Shown here piece by piece: positions 37,230-46,402 of a stretch of DNA of 62,928 nt (the stretch's first letter is position 1; every line of letters starts with the position of its first letter). The stretch lies in the NCBI GenBank assembly GCA_035495615.1, contig DATJFP010000089.1, forward strand, positions 1 to 62,928, written 5' to 3'. The notes beneath the pieces were generated by a model. It was not told where the DNA came from. It did no database searches and saw only the letters and a program-made list of their open reading frames with translations. This stretch comes from Verrucomicrobiia bacterium (lineage in GTDB: Bacteria; Omnitrophota; Omnitrophia; Omnitrophales; Aquincolibacteriaceae). The position numbers and the translations under genes are program-made.

Positions 37230-38414
37230 ATGAACAGAAAAACTTTTCTCTTCAGCTTGGGACTGGTGCTCGCAGCGGCCGCGCCGCTTGCCTATGCTGA
37301 TACAGCGGTGGTCTCGGACGCGCAGGTAATCGATCTTGGCCAGAATAATTTCCTGCTCAAGCTGCGTTCCAGCGGGCCGCAGGCCTTTGACGCCACGCTG
37401 AAAAATCCGACGACCCTCGAAGTCCGGCTTTATCAGGCCACGCTGGGAACCTTCGCGGTTCCTTCGACGCCTTTCGGCGGCGTGACCTTTACGCAGGACA
37501 AAGCCGAGCAAGTGCTGATGCGCCTCACGCTGAATGACCCGACCCACAAGCCCCGCGTCCAGCAGGGCGACAGCGCGGACTCGGTGGACATTTACGTTCG
37601 CTGGATGACGGACAACAAAGCGCCAGTGCTCAGCGCCGTCAACGTCACGAACATCACCCAGACGGGCGCGGACATCACGTGGACGACCGACGAAGCCGCG
37701 GATTCCAGCGCGGCCTACGGGCTTTCCCAGCCTCCGGCGCAAACGACCACCGTCAACACGACGCCGTTTACCGCGCATAAAGTCACGCTGACGGGGCTCG
37801 CGCCCGGCAAGCTTTATTATTACAGCGCGCGCTCGGCCGACATCGCGGGAAATCTCGCGGCTTCGAACGTTCTTTCTTTCACGACCAAGGCGCCGGCCTT
37901 CGCGGAATCCGGCGGCCAGGTGGTCATCGAAGCCGAGCATTACGACGTGAAGACACCGCGCGCCGGAAAAGACTGGGTGCTGGAAAGCGCGCAGTCCGGA
38001 GCTTCCGGAAGCAGGTACGCGACCGCGCTGCCCAACAGCGGCGCGAATCTTTCTTCCTACGTGAATCAGAGCCCGGAGCTGGTCTACAACGTGCTTTTCA
38101 CGGCGACCGGCACTTATTACGTCTGGATCCGCGGCGCGGGCCCGACGACAGCCGACGATTCCGTTCATGCAGGCATCGACGGCACCGGACCGGCATCCGC
38201 GTCCAACATGGACGGTTTTCCCGCGGCCTGGACGTGGAAGAATAAAACCACGAGCGGCGCCGCGGCCACGCTCGTCGTGCATTCGCCGGGCCTTCACACG
38301 ATCCACCTCTGGATGCGCGAAGACGGTTTCCGCGCCGACAAAATCCTGCTCCGCCAGAACAGTTCCGCCACCGCGCCGTCAGGCACGGGTCCCGCCGAAA
38401 GCCCCCGCCAGTAA
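37230..38414 (+). CDS. secreted FN3 plus CBM/lectin-like domain protein
   Basis: Signal peptide, an FN3-like unit (VTNITQTGADITWTTDEAADSSAAYG...YYYSARSADIAGN), then a beta-sandwich-like C-terminal domain (VVIEAEHYD...WMREDGFRADKILL). It starts 8 nt after the giant gene's stop. Confidence 0.65.
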   Translation: MNRKTFLFSLGLVLAAAAPLAYADTAVVSDAQVIDLGQNNFLLKLRSSGPQAFDATLKNPTTLEVRLYQATLGTFAVPSTPFGGVTFTQDKAEQVLMRLTLNDPTHKPRVQQGDSADSVDIYVRWMTDNKAPVLSAVNVTNITQTGADITWTTDEAADSSAAYGLSQPPAQTTTVNTTPFTAHKVTLTGLAPGKLYYYSARSADIAGNLAASNVLSFTTKAPAFAESGGQVVIEAEHYDVKTPRAGKDWVLESAQSGASGSRYATALPNSGANLSSYVNQSPELVYNVLFTATGTYYVWIRGAGPTTADDSVHAGIDGTGPASASNMDGFPAAWTWKNKTTSGAAATLVVHSPGLHTIHLWMREDGFRADKILLRQNSSATAPSGTGPAESPRQ

Positions 38415-38525
38415 TCCGGCGTTCCGGCTTTTCCGCGATTCCTCCATTCTCTCAAGAGGAAACGATATTTTCCCCTATCCCGCATCTCGCCGTCCCGCGT
38501 TTTAATGAGGGCCACGGGGGATTTC

Positions 38526-39809
38526 ATGAGTGTGACACTGACCCAGACAAGCCCGTCGGAAACGCTGCGCAAGGAAGAAGACTATGTCCGCGTGCGCAGC
38601 GAGTCGGAACGCCTGTGCGAGTCTCTCGAGATCGAGGATTTCGCGGTGCAGGGCATGCCCGACGTGAGCCCGCCGAAATGGCACCTGGCGCATACAACCT
38701 GGTTCTTCGAGACGTTTTTTCTCGCGCCGCTCGAACCGCATCACAAGCCTTTTGACCCGGTTTTTTCCTACCTCTTCAATTCTTATTACGAAGCCGTGGG
38801 CGCGCGCCAGCCGCGCGGCAGGCGGGGCCAGATTTCCCGTCCTTCGGTTTCCCGGGTGCTGGAGTACCGCGCGAACGTGGACCAGCGCGTGGCCGAAGTC
38901 CTTGAAAAAAAAGCCGGGCGCCTGGGCGGCGAAGAGCTCCGCGTTTTCGATACGGGCCTGCATCACGAGCAGCAGCACCAGGAGCTCCTTCTCACCGACA
39001 TCAAATACAATTTTTTCCTGAGCCCGTACCGTCCTGCCTACCTTTCCGAAGAAGCGCCCCCGGAAGGCGAGAGGGCGGGCGCGGCGCGCTGGATCGATTA
39101 CGGCGGGTCGCTGCGCGTGGTCGGCCATGACGGCCGCGGTTTCGGCTTCGACAACGAAATGCCGGAACATCAGGCTTACGTCGAGCCTTTTTCGCTGGCA
39201 TCGCATCTGGTGACGAACGCCGAGTACCTCGGCTTCATCGAAGACGGAGGATACGATCATGCGGAGCTGTGGCTTTCGGATGGGTGGGAAACGGCCCGCC
39301 GCGAAGGCTGGCGCGCGCCGCTTTATTGGGAAGCGGAAGGCAAATCCGAGTGGCGTGTCTTTACGCTTGCCGGCATGAAGAAGCTGAACATGGACGAGCC
39401 TGTCTGCCATTTGAGCTGTTACGAAGCGGACGCGTACGCGCGCTGGGCCGGATGCCGCCTTCCCACGGAAGCGGAATGGGAAACCGCGGCGCGCACGGCG
39501 GCCGTGGGCGGCAATTTCCGCGAATCCGGGCGCCTGCATCCCGCGCCTTCATCCGGCGGCCCGCTGGCCCGTCCCGCGCAGCTGTACGGCGATGTGTGGG
39601 AATGGACGCAGAGCCCGTACGCGCCGTATCCGGGTTTCAAGCCCGGTCCGGGCGCGCTCGGCGAATACAACGGAAAATTCATGTGCAATCAGATCGTGCT
39701 GCGCGGCGGCTCGTGCGTGACGCCGGCGTCGCACATCCGGCCCACATACCGCAACTTTTTTTATCCCCATCAGCGCTGGCAGTTTTCCGGCCTACGGCTG
39801 GCGCGTTAA
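38526..39809 (+). CDS. egtB: ergothioneine biosynthesis sulfoxide synthase EgtB
   Basis: DinB_2-type N-domain (PPKWHLAHTTWFFETFFL, HHEQQHQELL) plus an FGE-sulfatase C-domain (HPVCHLSCYEADAYARWAGCRLPTEAEWE...GDVWEWTQSPYAPYPGF...RGGSC). Confidence 0.88.
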   Translation: MSVTLTQTSPSETLRKEEDYVRVRSESERLCESLEIEDFAVQGMPDVSPPKWHLAHTTWFFETFFLAPLEPHHKPFDPVFSYLFNSYYEAVGARQPRGRRGQISRPSVSRVLEYRANVDQRVAEVLEKKAGRLGGEELRVFDTGLHHEQQHQELLLTDIKYNFFLSPYRPAYLSEEAPPEGERAGAARWIDYGGSLRVVGHDGRGFGFDNEMPEHQAYVEPFSLASHLVTNAEYLGFIEDGGYDHAELWLSDGWETARREGWRAPLYWEAEGKSEWRVFTLAGMKKLNMDEPVCHLSCYEADAYARWAGCRLPTEAEWETAARTAAVGGNFRESGRLHPAPSSGGPLARPAQLYGDVWEWTQSPYAPYPGFKPGPGALGEYNGKFMCNQIVLRGGSCVTPASHIRPTYRNFFYPHQRWQFSGLRLAR

Positions 39810-39824
39810 CCCGAAGAGGATCCC

Positions 39825-40760
39825 ATGGTTTATTTTGCCCCGGGAAAAGAAACGTTCCTGCACGACGTGCTGGACGGGCTGCAGCGGCGGGAGAAGAAAA
39901 TCCCGTGTAAATATTTTTACGACGAGCGCGGCTCGCGGCTCTTTGACGCGATTTGCCGCACTGAGGAATATTATCCGACGCGTACCGAAGTGCAGATCCT
40001 GCACAATTATGCCGCGGACATGGCGCGGCTCGCCGGGCCCGGCGCCGTGCTGGTGGAGCTGGGCAGCGGCAGCGGACTCAAGACGCGGCTTTTGCTGGAG
40101 TATTTGAGCCGTCCCGCGGCATTCGTGCCCGTCGACATCTCGCGCTTCCGCCTGATGGAAAGCTCGCGCGAGCTTCGGTCCCGGTTTCCGCGCCTTAAAA
40201 TCCTTCCTGTCTGCGCGGACTTCACGGCGCCTTTCCGTCTTCCCGAGGCCGCCGGACGGCGCGTTTTTTATTTTCCCGGGTCCACCATTGGCAATTTCTC
40301 TCCCGAAGAAGCGGGGGAGCTGCTCGGCCGCCTCCTGGAAGACGCGGGCCCCGGAGGCGCGCTGCTCATCGGCGTCGACCTCAAAAAAGACAAACGCGTG
40401 CTGGAAGCCGCTTACAACGACCGGAGCGGCATGACCGCGGCCTTCAACCGCAACGTCCTTCGCCGCCTGAACGATGAGCTCGGCACCGGCATCTGCACGG
40501 AAAAGTTTACGCACCGCGCTTTTTACAACGAGGCTGAAGGGCGGATCGAAATGCACCTGGTCAGCGGCGCCGAGCAGACGATTGAGCTGGCCGGCGAAAC
40601 CATCCGGCTTCGCGAAAACGAGAGCATCTGCACCGAGCATTCTTATAAGTACAGCCTCGAAGATTTCCAGAATCTCGCCGGGACTTTCGGGGCGTCGGTG
40701 GAAAGAACCTGGACCGATCCCGCTCGCCTTTTCAGCGTCCATTACCTCGCCCGTGCCTGA
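39825..40760 (+). CDS. egtD: L-histidine N-alpha-methyltransferase EgtD
   Basis: KKIPCKYFYDERGSRLFDAICRTEEYYPTRTE, ELGSGSG SAM motif, YFPGSTIGNF and ESICTEHSYKYS are characteristic EgtD blocks. Confidence 0.88.
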   Translation: MVYFAPGKETFLHDVLDGLQRREKKIPCKYFYDERGSRLFDAICRTEEYYPTRTEVQILHNYAADMARLAGPGAVLVELGSGSGLKTRLLLEYLSRPAAFVPVDISRFRLMESSRELRSRFPRLKILPVCADFTAPFRLPEAAGRRVFYFPGSTIGNFSPEEAGELLGRLLEDAGPGGALLIGVDLKKDKRVLEAAYNDRSGMTAAFNRNVLRRLNDELGTGICTEKFTHRAFYNEAEGRIEMHLVSGAEQTIELAGETIRLRENESICTEHSYKYSLEDFQNLAGTFGASVERTWTDPARLFSVHYLARA

Positions 40761-40804
40761 CCGGGAAGGGTCCGGCAAGAAATCCTCCGGCGCGGGGCGG
40801 ACGG

Positions 40805-40833
40805 TTGCGTTCCGGCCTCGATCCGGCTAGAAT
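40805..40833 (+). promoter_or_regulatory. sigma70-type promoter
   Basis: TTGCGT - 17 nt - TAGAAT, 43 nt upstream of the ATG at 40877, which has SD ggagga. Confidence 0.5.
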
Positions 40834-40876
40834 GCCTTTCCGATTCATTAAAAGTCGTATCCAAGCCGGAGGAACC

Positions 40877-41401
40877 ATGAAAACCGCCCTTTCTTTCTTG
40901 TTGATCCTTGTTTGCGCCTCGCCGCTGTATGCCGCGCCCGCCGCGGAGCACGTGCATCCTCTCCATCCCGCGTCGCCGGAATTTGAAAGGATGAAGTCCC
41001 TTGTCGGAACATGGAAAGGAACGGGCCAGACCGGCGCCGAGAAGCCGACGGATGCGGCCGTCGAATACAAGCTGACGTCCGGCGGCACCGCGCTCGTGGA
41101 AACGCTTTTTCCCGGAACGCCGAATGAAATGGTTTCCGTGTATCACGACGGCCCGGACGGCAAGCTGACCATGACGCACTATTGCATGATGGGCAACCAG
41201 CCGAAGCTGGATCTTGTTTCGACGGGGGAGAACAAGCTCAGCTTCAAGAGCTCGCCCGCGAGCGGGATTCCCGAATCCGAAGACCAGATGGACGCGCTGG
41301 ATCTTTCTTTCAGCGGCGACGCGCTGACGCAAACCTGGCAGGGGCGCAAAGGCGGGAAGCTGAGCGATCCCACGGTCATTTCCGTCAAAAAAGCGTCTTA
41401 A
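40877..41401 (+). CDS. secreted DUF1579-like beta-barrel protein (tentative)
   Basis: Signal peptide MKTALSFLLILVCASPLYA and an ERMKSLVGTWKGTG motif typical of that family. Confidence 0.5.
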   Translation: MKTALSFLLILVCASPLYAAPAAEHVHPLHPASPEFERMKSLVGTWKGTGQTGAEKPTDAAVEYKLTSGGTALVETLFPGTPNEMVSVYHDGPDGKLTMTHYCMMGNQPKLDLVSTGENKLSFKSSPASGIPESEDQMDALDLSFSGDALTQTWQGRKGGKLSDPTVISVKKAS

Positions 41402-41427
41402 CCTCATCCTCCCCGGAAGGAGCCGTT

Positions 41428-41904
41428 ATGCCGGTCAAACCTGTTCCCGAGGAGTATCACACGCTCACGCCCTACCTGATCGTCCGGCGGGCGGACAAAG
41501 CCATTGAGTTTTACAAAAAAGTTTTCGGCGCGGCGGAAAAGATGCGCATGGAAGGGCCCGGCGGCAAAGTGGGCCATGCCGAACTCAAGATCGGCGACTC
41601 CACGTTCATGCTGGCCGACGAAGTTCCCGACATGGGCTTTCTGGGGCCGCAATCGCTGGGCGGTTCACCCGTCAACCTGCTCGTCTACGTCGAAAATTCC
41701 GACGCGATTTTCAATCGGGCCGTGGCCGAAGGCGCCGCCGTGCGGAAAGCCATGGCCAACCAGTTTTACGGCGACCGCAGCGGCACGTTCGAAGATCCGT
41801 TCGGCCACCTGTGGACGGTCTCCACGCATATCGAAGACGTGCCGGAAGACGAACTGCGCCGCCGCGCCGCGGAATGCATGAGCCAGCACGAAGCCAAAAC
41901 CTGA
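41428..41904 (+). CDS. VOC/glyoxalase-family protein (PhnB-like)
   Basis: TPYLIVRRADKAIEFYKKVFGA...HAELKIGDSTFMLADE...FYGDRSGTFEDPFGHLWTV. Confidence 0.8.
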   Translation: MPVKPVPEEYHTLTPYLIVRRADKAIEFYKKVFGAAEKMRMEGPGGKVGHAELKIGDSTFMLADEVPDMGFLGPQSLGGSPVNLLVYVENSDAIFNRAVAEGAAVRKAMANQFYGDRSGTFEDPFGHLWTVSTHIEDVPEDELRRRAAECMSQHEAKT

Positions 41905-41908
41905 TCGA

Positions 41909-41937
41909 TTGCCGGAAGGTCCGTTTCGGGTTAGAAT
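41909..41937 (+). promoter_or_regulatory. sigma70-type promoter giving a leaderless tag mRNA
   Basis: TTGCCG - 17 nt - TAGAAT. The -10 ends 7 nt before ATG 41945. The track's TTG start at 41909 is actually the -35 box. Confidence 0.5.
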
Positions 41938-41944
41938 CCCTCTC

Positions 41945-42562
41945 ATGAAAAATGAGCCTGCGCAAGACGGCAAAAAAAGATGCGCCTGGATCCGGGATAC
42001 GCTCATGCAGCGCTACCACGACGAAGAGTGGGGCGTCCCCGTGTCGGACGACCGCAAGCAATTCGAATTCCTGGTCCTGGAAAGTGCGCAGGCGGGCCTG
42101 AGCTGGGCCATTGTCCTGCGCAAGCGCGAGAATTACCGCAAAGCCTTTGCCGGTTTCGATCCCGTGAAAGTCTCCCGTTTCAAGGCCCCGCAGGTCCGCA
42201 AGCTTCTCAAAGATCCGGGCATCATCCGCAACCGCCTCAAGATCCAGGCCGCCATCAACAATGCCCGGCGGTTTCTCGAAATCCTTTCCGAACACGGTTC
42301 TTTCGCGAACTACCTGCGGACCTTTGTGGGAGAAAAGCCCCGCATCAACCGCTGGAAATCGCTCGCCGAGCTCCCGGCCCGCACGCCCGAATCCGACGCG
42401 CTCAGCAAAGATATGAAAAAACGCGGTTTCAAATTTCTCGGGTCCATCGTGCTGTATTCCCATCTCCAGGCCGTGGGCATGGTGAACGACCATGTCGTGA
42501 GCTGCTACCGGCACCGCGAATTAAAAGGCGCGCCGCGCCGGAAGCGGGCGGGACATGCTTGA
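41945..42562 (+). CDS. tag: DNA-3-methyladenine glycosylase I
   Basis: RCAWI...YHDEEWGVP..DDRKQFEFLVLESAQAGLSWAIVLRKRENYRKAF...GMVNDH. Confidence 0.88.
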   Translation: MKNEPAQDGKKRCAWIRDTLMQRYHDEEWGVPVSDDRKQFEFLVLESAQAGLSWAIVLRKRENYRKAFAGFDPVKVSRFKAPQVRKLLKDPGIIRNRLKIQAAINNARRFLEILSEHGSFANYLRTFVGEKPRINRWKSLAELPARTPESDALSKDMKKRGFKFLGSIVLYSHLQAVGMVNDHVVSCYRHRELKGAPRRKRAGHA

Positions 42563-43703
42563 CGTCCTGATCGCGGGCGCAGGACCGGTGGGGCTTTCGC
42601 TCGCCCTGGGGCTTGCCCGCGCGGGAAAGTCCGTGCTCGTCCTGGAAAAAAAAGACCGCTTTGACCCGCACTCGCGTGCGCCTGCCATCTGGCCGCGCAC
42701 GCAGGAAATCCTGGCCGGCCTCGGCGTCATCGACCGCTTTGTCCGGGAAGGGATCGTGCGTCCCGATTTTAATTTTACCGATGCGGACAAGGACCGCGTG
42801 CTTCTCTCGCTTTCTTTCCGCGAGCTGGCGGAAGAAACAAAATTCCCGCAGGCTTTGATCCTTCCTCAGAATAAGACCGAACAGTTCCTGTACGAAGCGC
42901 TGTCCCGGGAACCCAAGGCCGAAGTCAAATTTTCCAGCGAAGTCGTGAAACTTCTCCATGCGGACACGCATGTGACCGTGGAATACAAACAGAACGGGCA
43001 GCCTGCCGCGGCCGACGCCTTGTACGTCGCCGGATGTGACGGCGCGCACAGCGCGGTGCGCGAAGCGCTGGGATTTACCCTCGAGGGCCGCACGTACGGC
43101 ATCCGGGCCGCGCTGGCCGACGTGCATCTGGGTGACGACAAGCCTTATGATTTTCCCCGGTTCTCCACGCAGGGCCCGTTCGCGGCGGGCATCCTCATCG
43201 AAAAAAGCCTGTGGCGCCTGATCCTGCTTTATCCGTCGTCGAGCCTGCTTTCGCTCGACGAGCGCGTGAAAGAAGGCGTCCGCGGACTCTTCGGCCAGGA
43301 CCGGTACGAGCTTGTCTGGCAAAGCGAATTTCATCTTCATCAGCGCCTGAGCAGCGGCTTTGTCAGCGGCCGCGCGGCGCTTGCCGGGGATGCCGCGCAT
43401 CTCAACAGCCCCGTGGGCGGGCAGGGGATGAACGCCGGTATCCAGGACACGGAAGTCCTGTGCAAAACGCTTCTCAAGGCCCTGGACTGCCGGGACCCCG
43501 AGGAGCTGCGGGCTTACGAACGCGAAAGGCGCCTGGCCGTGCGGAAAGGCGTCAACCGCTTTACGAACCAACTCACGAAAGTCCTGCTTTTCCGGGACGG
43601 CCGCTATATCAAAACCATCCTCGGCTTGGCGGGCCATGTCCTGAAAATTCCCTCTCTGCGGCATGCGTTCCTGCGGCGCATGGCCATGCTTCCGCGCCGT
43701 TAG
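42555..43703 (+). CDS. FAD-dependent monooxygenase (UbiH/PHBH fold)
   Basis: DVLIAGAGPVGLSLALGLARAG dinucleotide motif, CDGAHSAVR, and GDAAH...P.GGQGMN. Confidence 0.85.
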   Translation: MLDVLIAGAGPVGLSLALGLARAGKSVLVLEKKDRFDPHSRAPAIWPRTQEILAGLGVIDRFVREGIVRPDFNFTDADKDRVLLSLSFRELAEETKFPQALILPQNKTEQFLYEALSREPKAEVKFSSEVVKLLHADTHVTVEYKQNGQPAAADALYVAGCDGAHSAVREALGFTLEGRTYGIRAALADVHLGDDKPYDFPRFSTQGPFAAGILIEKSLWRLILLYPSSSLLSLDERVKEGVRGLFGQDRYELVWQSEFHLHQRLSSGFVSGRAALAGDAAHLNSPVGGQGMNAGIQDTEVLCKTLLKALDCRDPEELRAYERERRLAVRKGVNRFTNQLTKVLLFRDGRYIKTILGLAGHVLKIPSLRHAFLRRMAMLPRR

Positions 43704-43842
43704 GCGCGTCCCCCTGCGCAATCGGGATTTTGCCCGACACCAGTCCTCACTTTTTCCCGATTCGAACAAAGTTGATTTTCCATAAGCTAAAGGAGCCTGC
43801 ACGCGACACTTCTATCAATCGTGAATCAGGCGGAGTTTTACT

Positions 43843-45054
43843 GTGAACATTCTCGTGGGAATTTTGAAGTATCCACCGGATTATGCGGGAGACGGGCTCC
43901 GGCTTCATCGTACGTTCCAGCGTCTCAGGAAGAAATCCCAGCTGGAAGACGTCTATGTCCTGACGTCCTGGGACAGGGCCGCCCCGCAAAAAAACGAAGT
44001 CGTCGACGGCATCTGTATCCTGCGCGACGTCGAGTGCACGCTGAAGCGCGATTTCCGCAGCTTCTCGAAAAAAATTGCGCTGCTCCGGCAGATTGCCGGA
44101 ATGATCCGCAGTTTTTTTGAAATCGCGCCGCGGGTCGACCTTGTGCTGACCTCGGGCTCAGGATGGTTTCCCTCGCTTGTCGCGTGGCTTGCCTTTTTCG
44201 CCCGCAAGCCCGTCGTCAAAGAAATCGTGCTTCTCGGCAGCGACGATCCCCGGACCCTCCAAGCCGCAAAACCTTTCCCGCTGCGCTGGTTTTTCACTCA
44301 GCCTTTCCGTTTTGCCAAGCTCATCATCGCCATTTCTCCGCCGCTGGAAAAGGCCTGCCTGAACTGGGGCCTTCCGCAGGACAAAATCTGGTGCCGGCTG
44401 AATCCCATCGACATCGAATTTCCCGTCCAGCCCGAGATCGCCGACAGCCCCGAGCCCCCGCTTATTCTGTGGGTGGGCACGGTCAGCGCGCGCAAGAACG
44501 TCCACTTCCTGCTCAAAGCCGCGGCGCATTTCAAGGAGCCGGTGCGTATCTGGTTTGTCGGGCCCTGCGCGGACGGCGATTATTTTCTGGGGCTCCAGCA
44601 GCTTCAGGTCCGGCTGCCGCGCCACATCGAGGTCCGGTTCACAGGCGAGATCAAGGACATGCCCCGGCTCTGCCGGCTTTATTCCCGCGCCCGGCTGTTC
44701 TGGTTTGCCTCCCGGAGCGAAGGCATGGGCAACGTGGTGGCGGAATCGCTGATCTGCGGCACGCCGGTGGTGACGCTTCCCGTGATGGACATCATGAAAC
44801 ACTTGCTGCCGCACGCGGAAGACGGGGAAGTCGTGGACACCGAGGACCCGGAAGTCTTTGCCTCGGCCGCCGCGTCCTGGCTGAAAAAGAAAATCGACCG
44901 TGCGGGCATTGCCGCGCGCGCGCGGGAACGCTTCAGCGCGGAGCGGGTGGATGCCGGTTACGCCGCGTGGTTCCGTAAACTTTCTCATTCTCCGCTGCCG
45001 GAAAAAGCCTACGGGCGCGGCGCGATCTTAATCCCGGAAAGGATCTCATCATGA
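43843..45054 (+). CDS. family-4-like (GT-B) glycosyltransferase
   Basis: GTG start. The C-terminal half has the EX7E-type region (ASRSEGMGNVVAESLICGTPVV). Confidence 0.75.
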   Translation: MNILVGILKYPPDYAGDGLRLHRTFQRLRKKSQLEDVYVLTSWDRAAPQKNEVVDGICILRDVECTLKRDFRSFSKKIALLRQIAGMIRSFFEIAPRVDLVLTSGSGWFPSLVAWLAFFARKPVVKEIVLLGSDDPRTLQAAKPFPLRWFFTQPFRFAKLIIAISPPLEKACLNWGLPQDKIWCRLNPIDIEFPVQPEIADSPEPPLILWVGTVSARKNVHFLLKAAAHFKEPVRIWFVGPCADGDYFLGLQQLQVRLPRHIEVRFTGEIKDMPRLCRLYSRARLFWFASRSEGMGNVVAESLICGTPVVTLPVMDIMKHLLPHAEDGEVVDTEDPEVFASAAASWLKKKIDRAGIAARARERFSAERVDAGYAAWFRKLSHSPLPEKAYGRGAILIPERISS

Positions 45055-46328
45055 TCGCCGACATTCTGCGTTCCGTGCACTGCCTTAATCGGATCCGGGC
45101 CAAAGAGCGCGCCTCTCTCGAAACGCTTTCGGCTTATCAATTCGAGCGCATGAAGAGCCTTGTCGGCCACGCCTATGAGCGCGTCCCTTATTACCGCCAC
45201 GCGTACGGAAAAGCGGGCCTCCATCCGTCCATGATCCGCTCGTGGGATGATTTCAGGCGCCTTCCCATGCTGACCAAGCAGGACAGGCGCTCGAATCCCG
45301 CGGACGATTTTCTGGTTTCAGGCACGGACAAGGCGCGCGTGTGGACGTCCCAGACCACGGGATCCTCCGGCATCCCCATCACGGTCTGGCGTGACGCGGA
45401 AAGCGCGGCCTGGGACCGCGCGCTCATGAATTATGGCTTCGGCAAGCTCGGCATCCGGCCGTATCACCGTTTCTGCCAGATCTCCGCGATCCTTTCGGAA
45501 AAGCCCGCACGTCCGGGCCCGTTCGCAAAGCTCGGCTTCAAGCGCACGCACATCGTTTCGCTCCGGCAGCCCGACGAAATCATCCTTCGCGAAATGGAAG
45601 CCTTGAAGCCGGACGTGGTTTACACGTTTCCGTCGGTTCTTCTGCGCCTGTCCGAGGCGCTCAAGCGGGGAAAGGCGTCCGTGTCGCCGCGCTGGCTCAT
45701 CGCGCAGGGGGAAGTCCTTCCGGATTCCTGGCGCTCGACGATCGAAGAAGCATTCGGCGCGCCGCTCTATCACACTTACGGGGCCACGGAAATCGCGCGC
45801 ATCGGCTTCGAATGCCGCTGGCATCAGGGCTATCATTTGATTCCCGACGCGGCCGTCGTCGAGGTCTTGAAAGACGGCCGTCCCGCGGCGCCCGATGAAG
45901 AAGGCGATCTGGTCATCACCGGCCTGAACAGCCGCCTTTCGCCGTTCATCCGCTATCAAATCGGGGACCGGGGGATTTTGAGCCGCGCGGTTTGCCCGTG
46001 CGGGCTCACGCTTCCGCTGCTCAAAAACGTGGTGGGCCGTTCGGACGATTTTCTCGTGCTGCCCAGCGGCCGCAAGGTTTCGGCCCGGGCCGTGACGCAT
46101 ATGCGCTTCGACGGCATCCTCCAGTACAAGATCGTCCAGAAATCGCCCGCTCATCTGCAGGTGCTTGTCATCCCTTCCGAAACTTTCGGTGAAAACACGG
46201 CCGCGGAAATCCGCAAAGTTCTGGACGGCGCCTTTTTCGGAGAACCCCTCGAAATCGAGATCCTCAAAACCGAATCGCTTCCGGTTTCGCGCACGGGCAA
46301 GCTCCAGCTCGTCATGCGCGAATTCTGA
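45051..46328 (+). CDS. phenylacetate-CoA ligase-like adenylating enzyme (CapK / F390-synthetase family)
   Basis: ATGA overlap with the GT gene. TSQTTGSSGIPI AMP-binding P-loop, YGATE motif and C-terminal TGKLQLV. Confidence 0.8.
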   Translation: MIADILRSVHCLNRIRAKERASLETLSAYQFERMKSLVGHAYERVPYYRHAYGKAGLHPSMIRSWDDFRRLPMLTKQDRRSNPADDFLVSGTDKARVWTSQTTGSSGIPITVWRDAESAAWDRALMNYGFGKLGIRPYHRFCQISAILSEKPARPGPFAKLGFKRTHIVSLRQPDEIILREMEALKPDVVYTFPSVLLRLSEALKRGKASVSPRWLIAQGEVLPDSWRSTIEEAFGAPLYHTYGATEIARIGFECRWHQGYHLIPDAAVVEVLKDGRPAAPDEEGDLVITGLNSRLSPFIRYQIGDRGILSRAVCPCGLTLPLLKNVVGRSDDFLVLPSGRKVSARAVTHMRFDGILQYKIVQKSPAHLQVLVIPSETFGENTAAEIRKVLDGAFFGEPLEIEILKTESLPVSRTGKLQLVMREF

Positions 46329-46402
46329 ACCGGGCTTCTTCCTAGGAGAAATCCCTCGTTTGCCCGACTTACAAATAATTCCCGGGTCTTAGCATAGGAC
46401 AG

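Noticed and set aside
41909-41944. Upstream TTG starts proposed by the ORF track for tag (41909) and the PEP-CTERM gene (47971)
   Set aside because: Both TTGs coincide with -35 hexamers of well-formed TTGnnn-N17-TA(G/T)AAT promoters. Downstream ATGs give N-termini consistent with the protein families.
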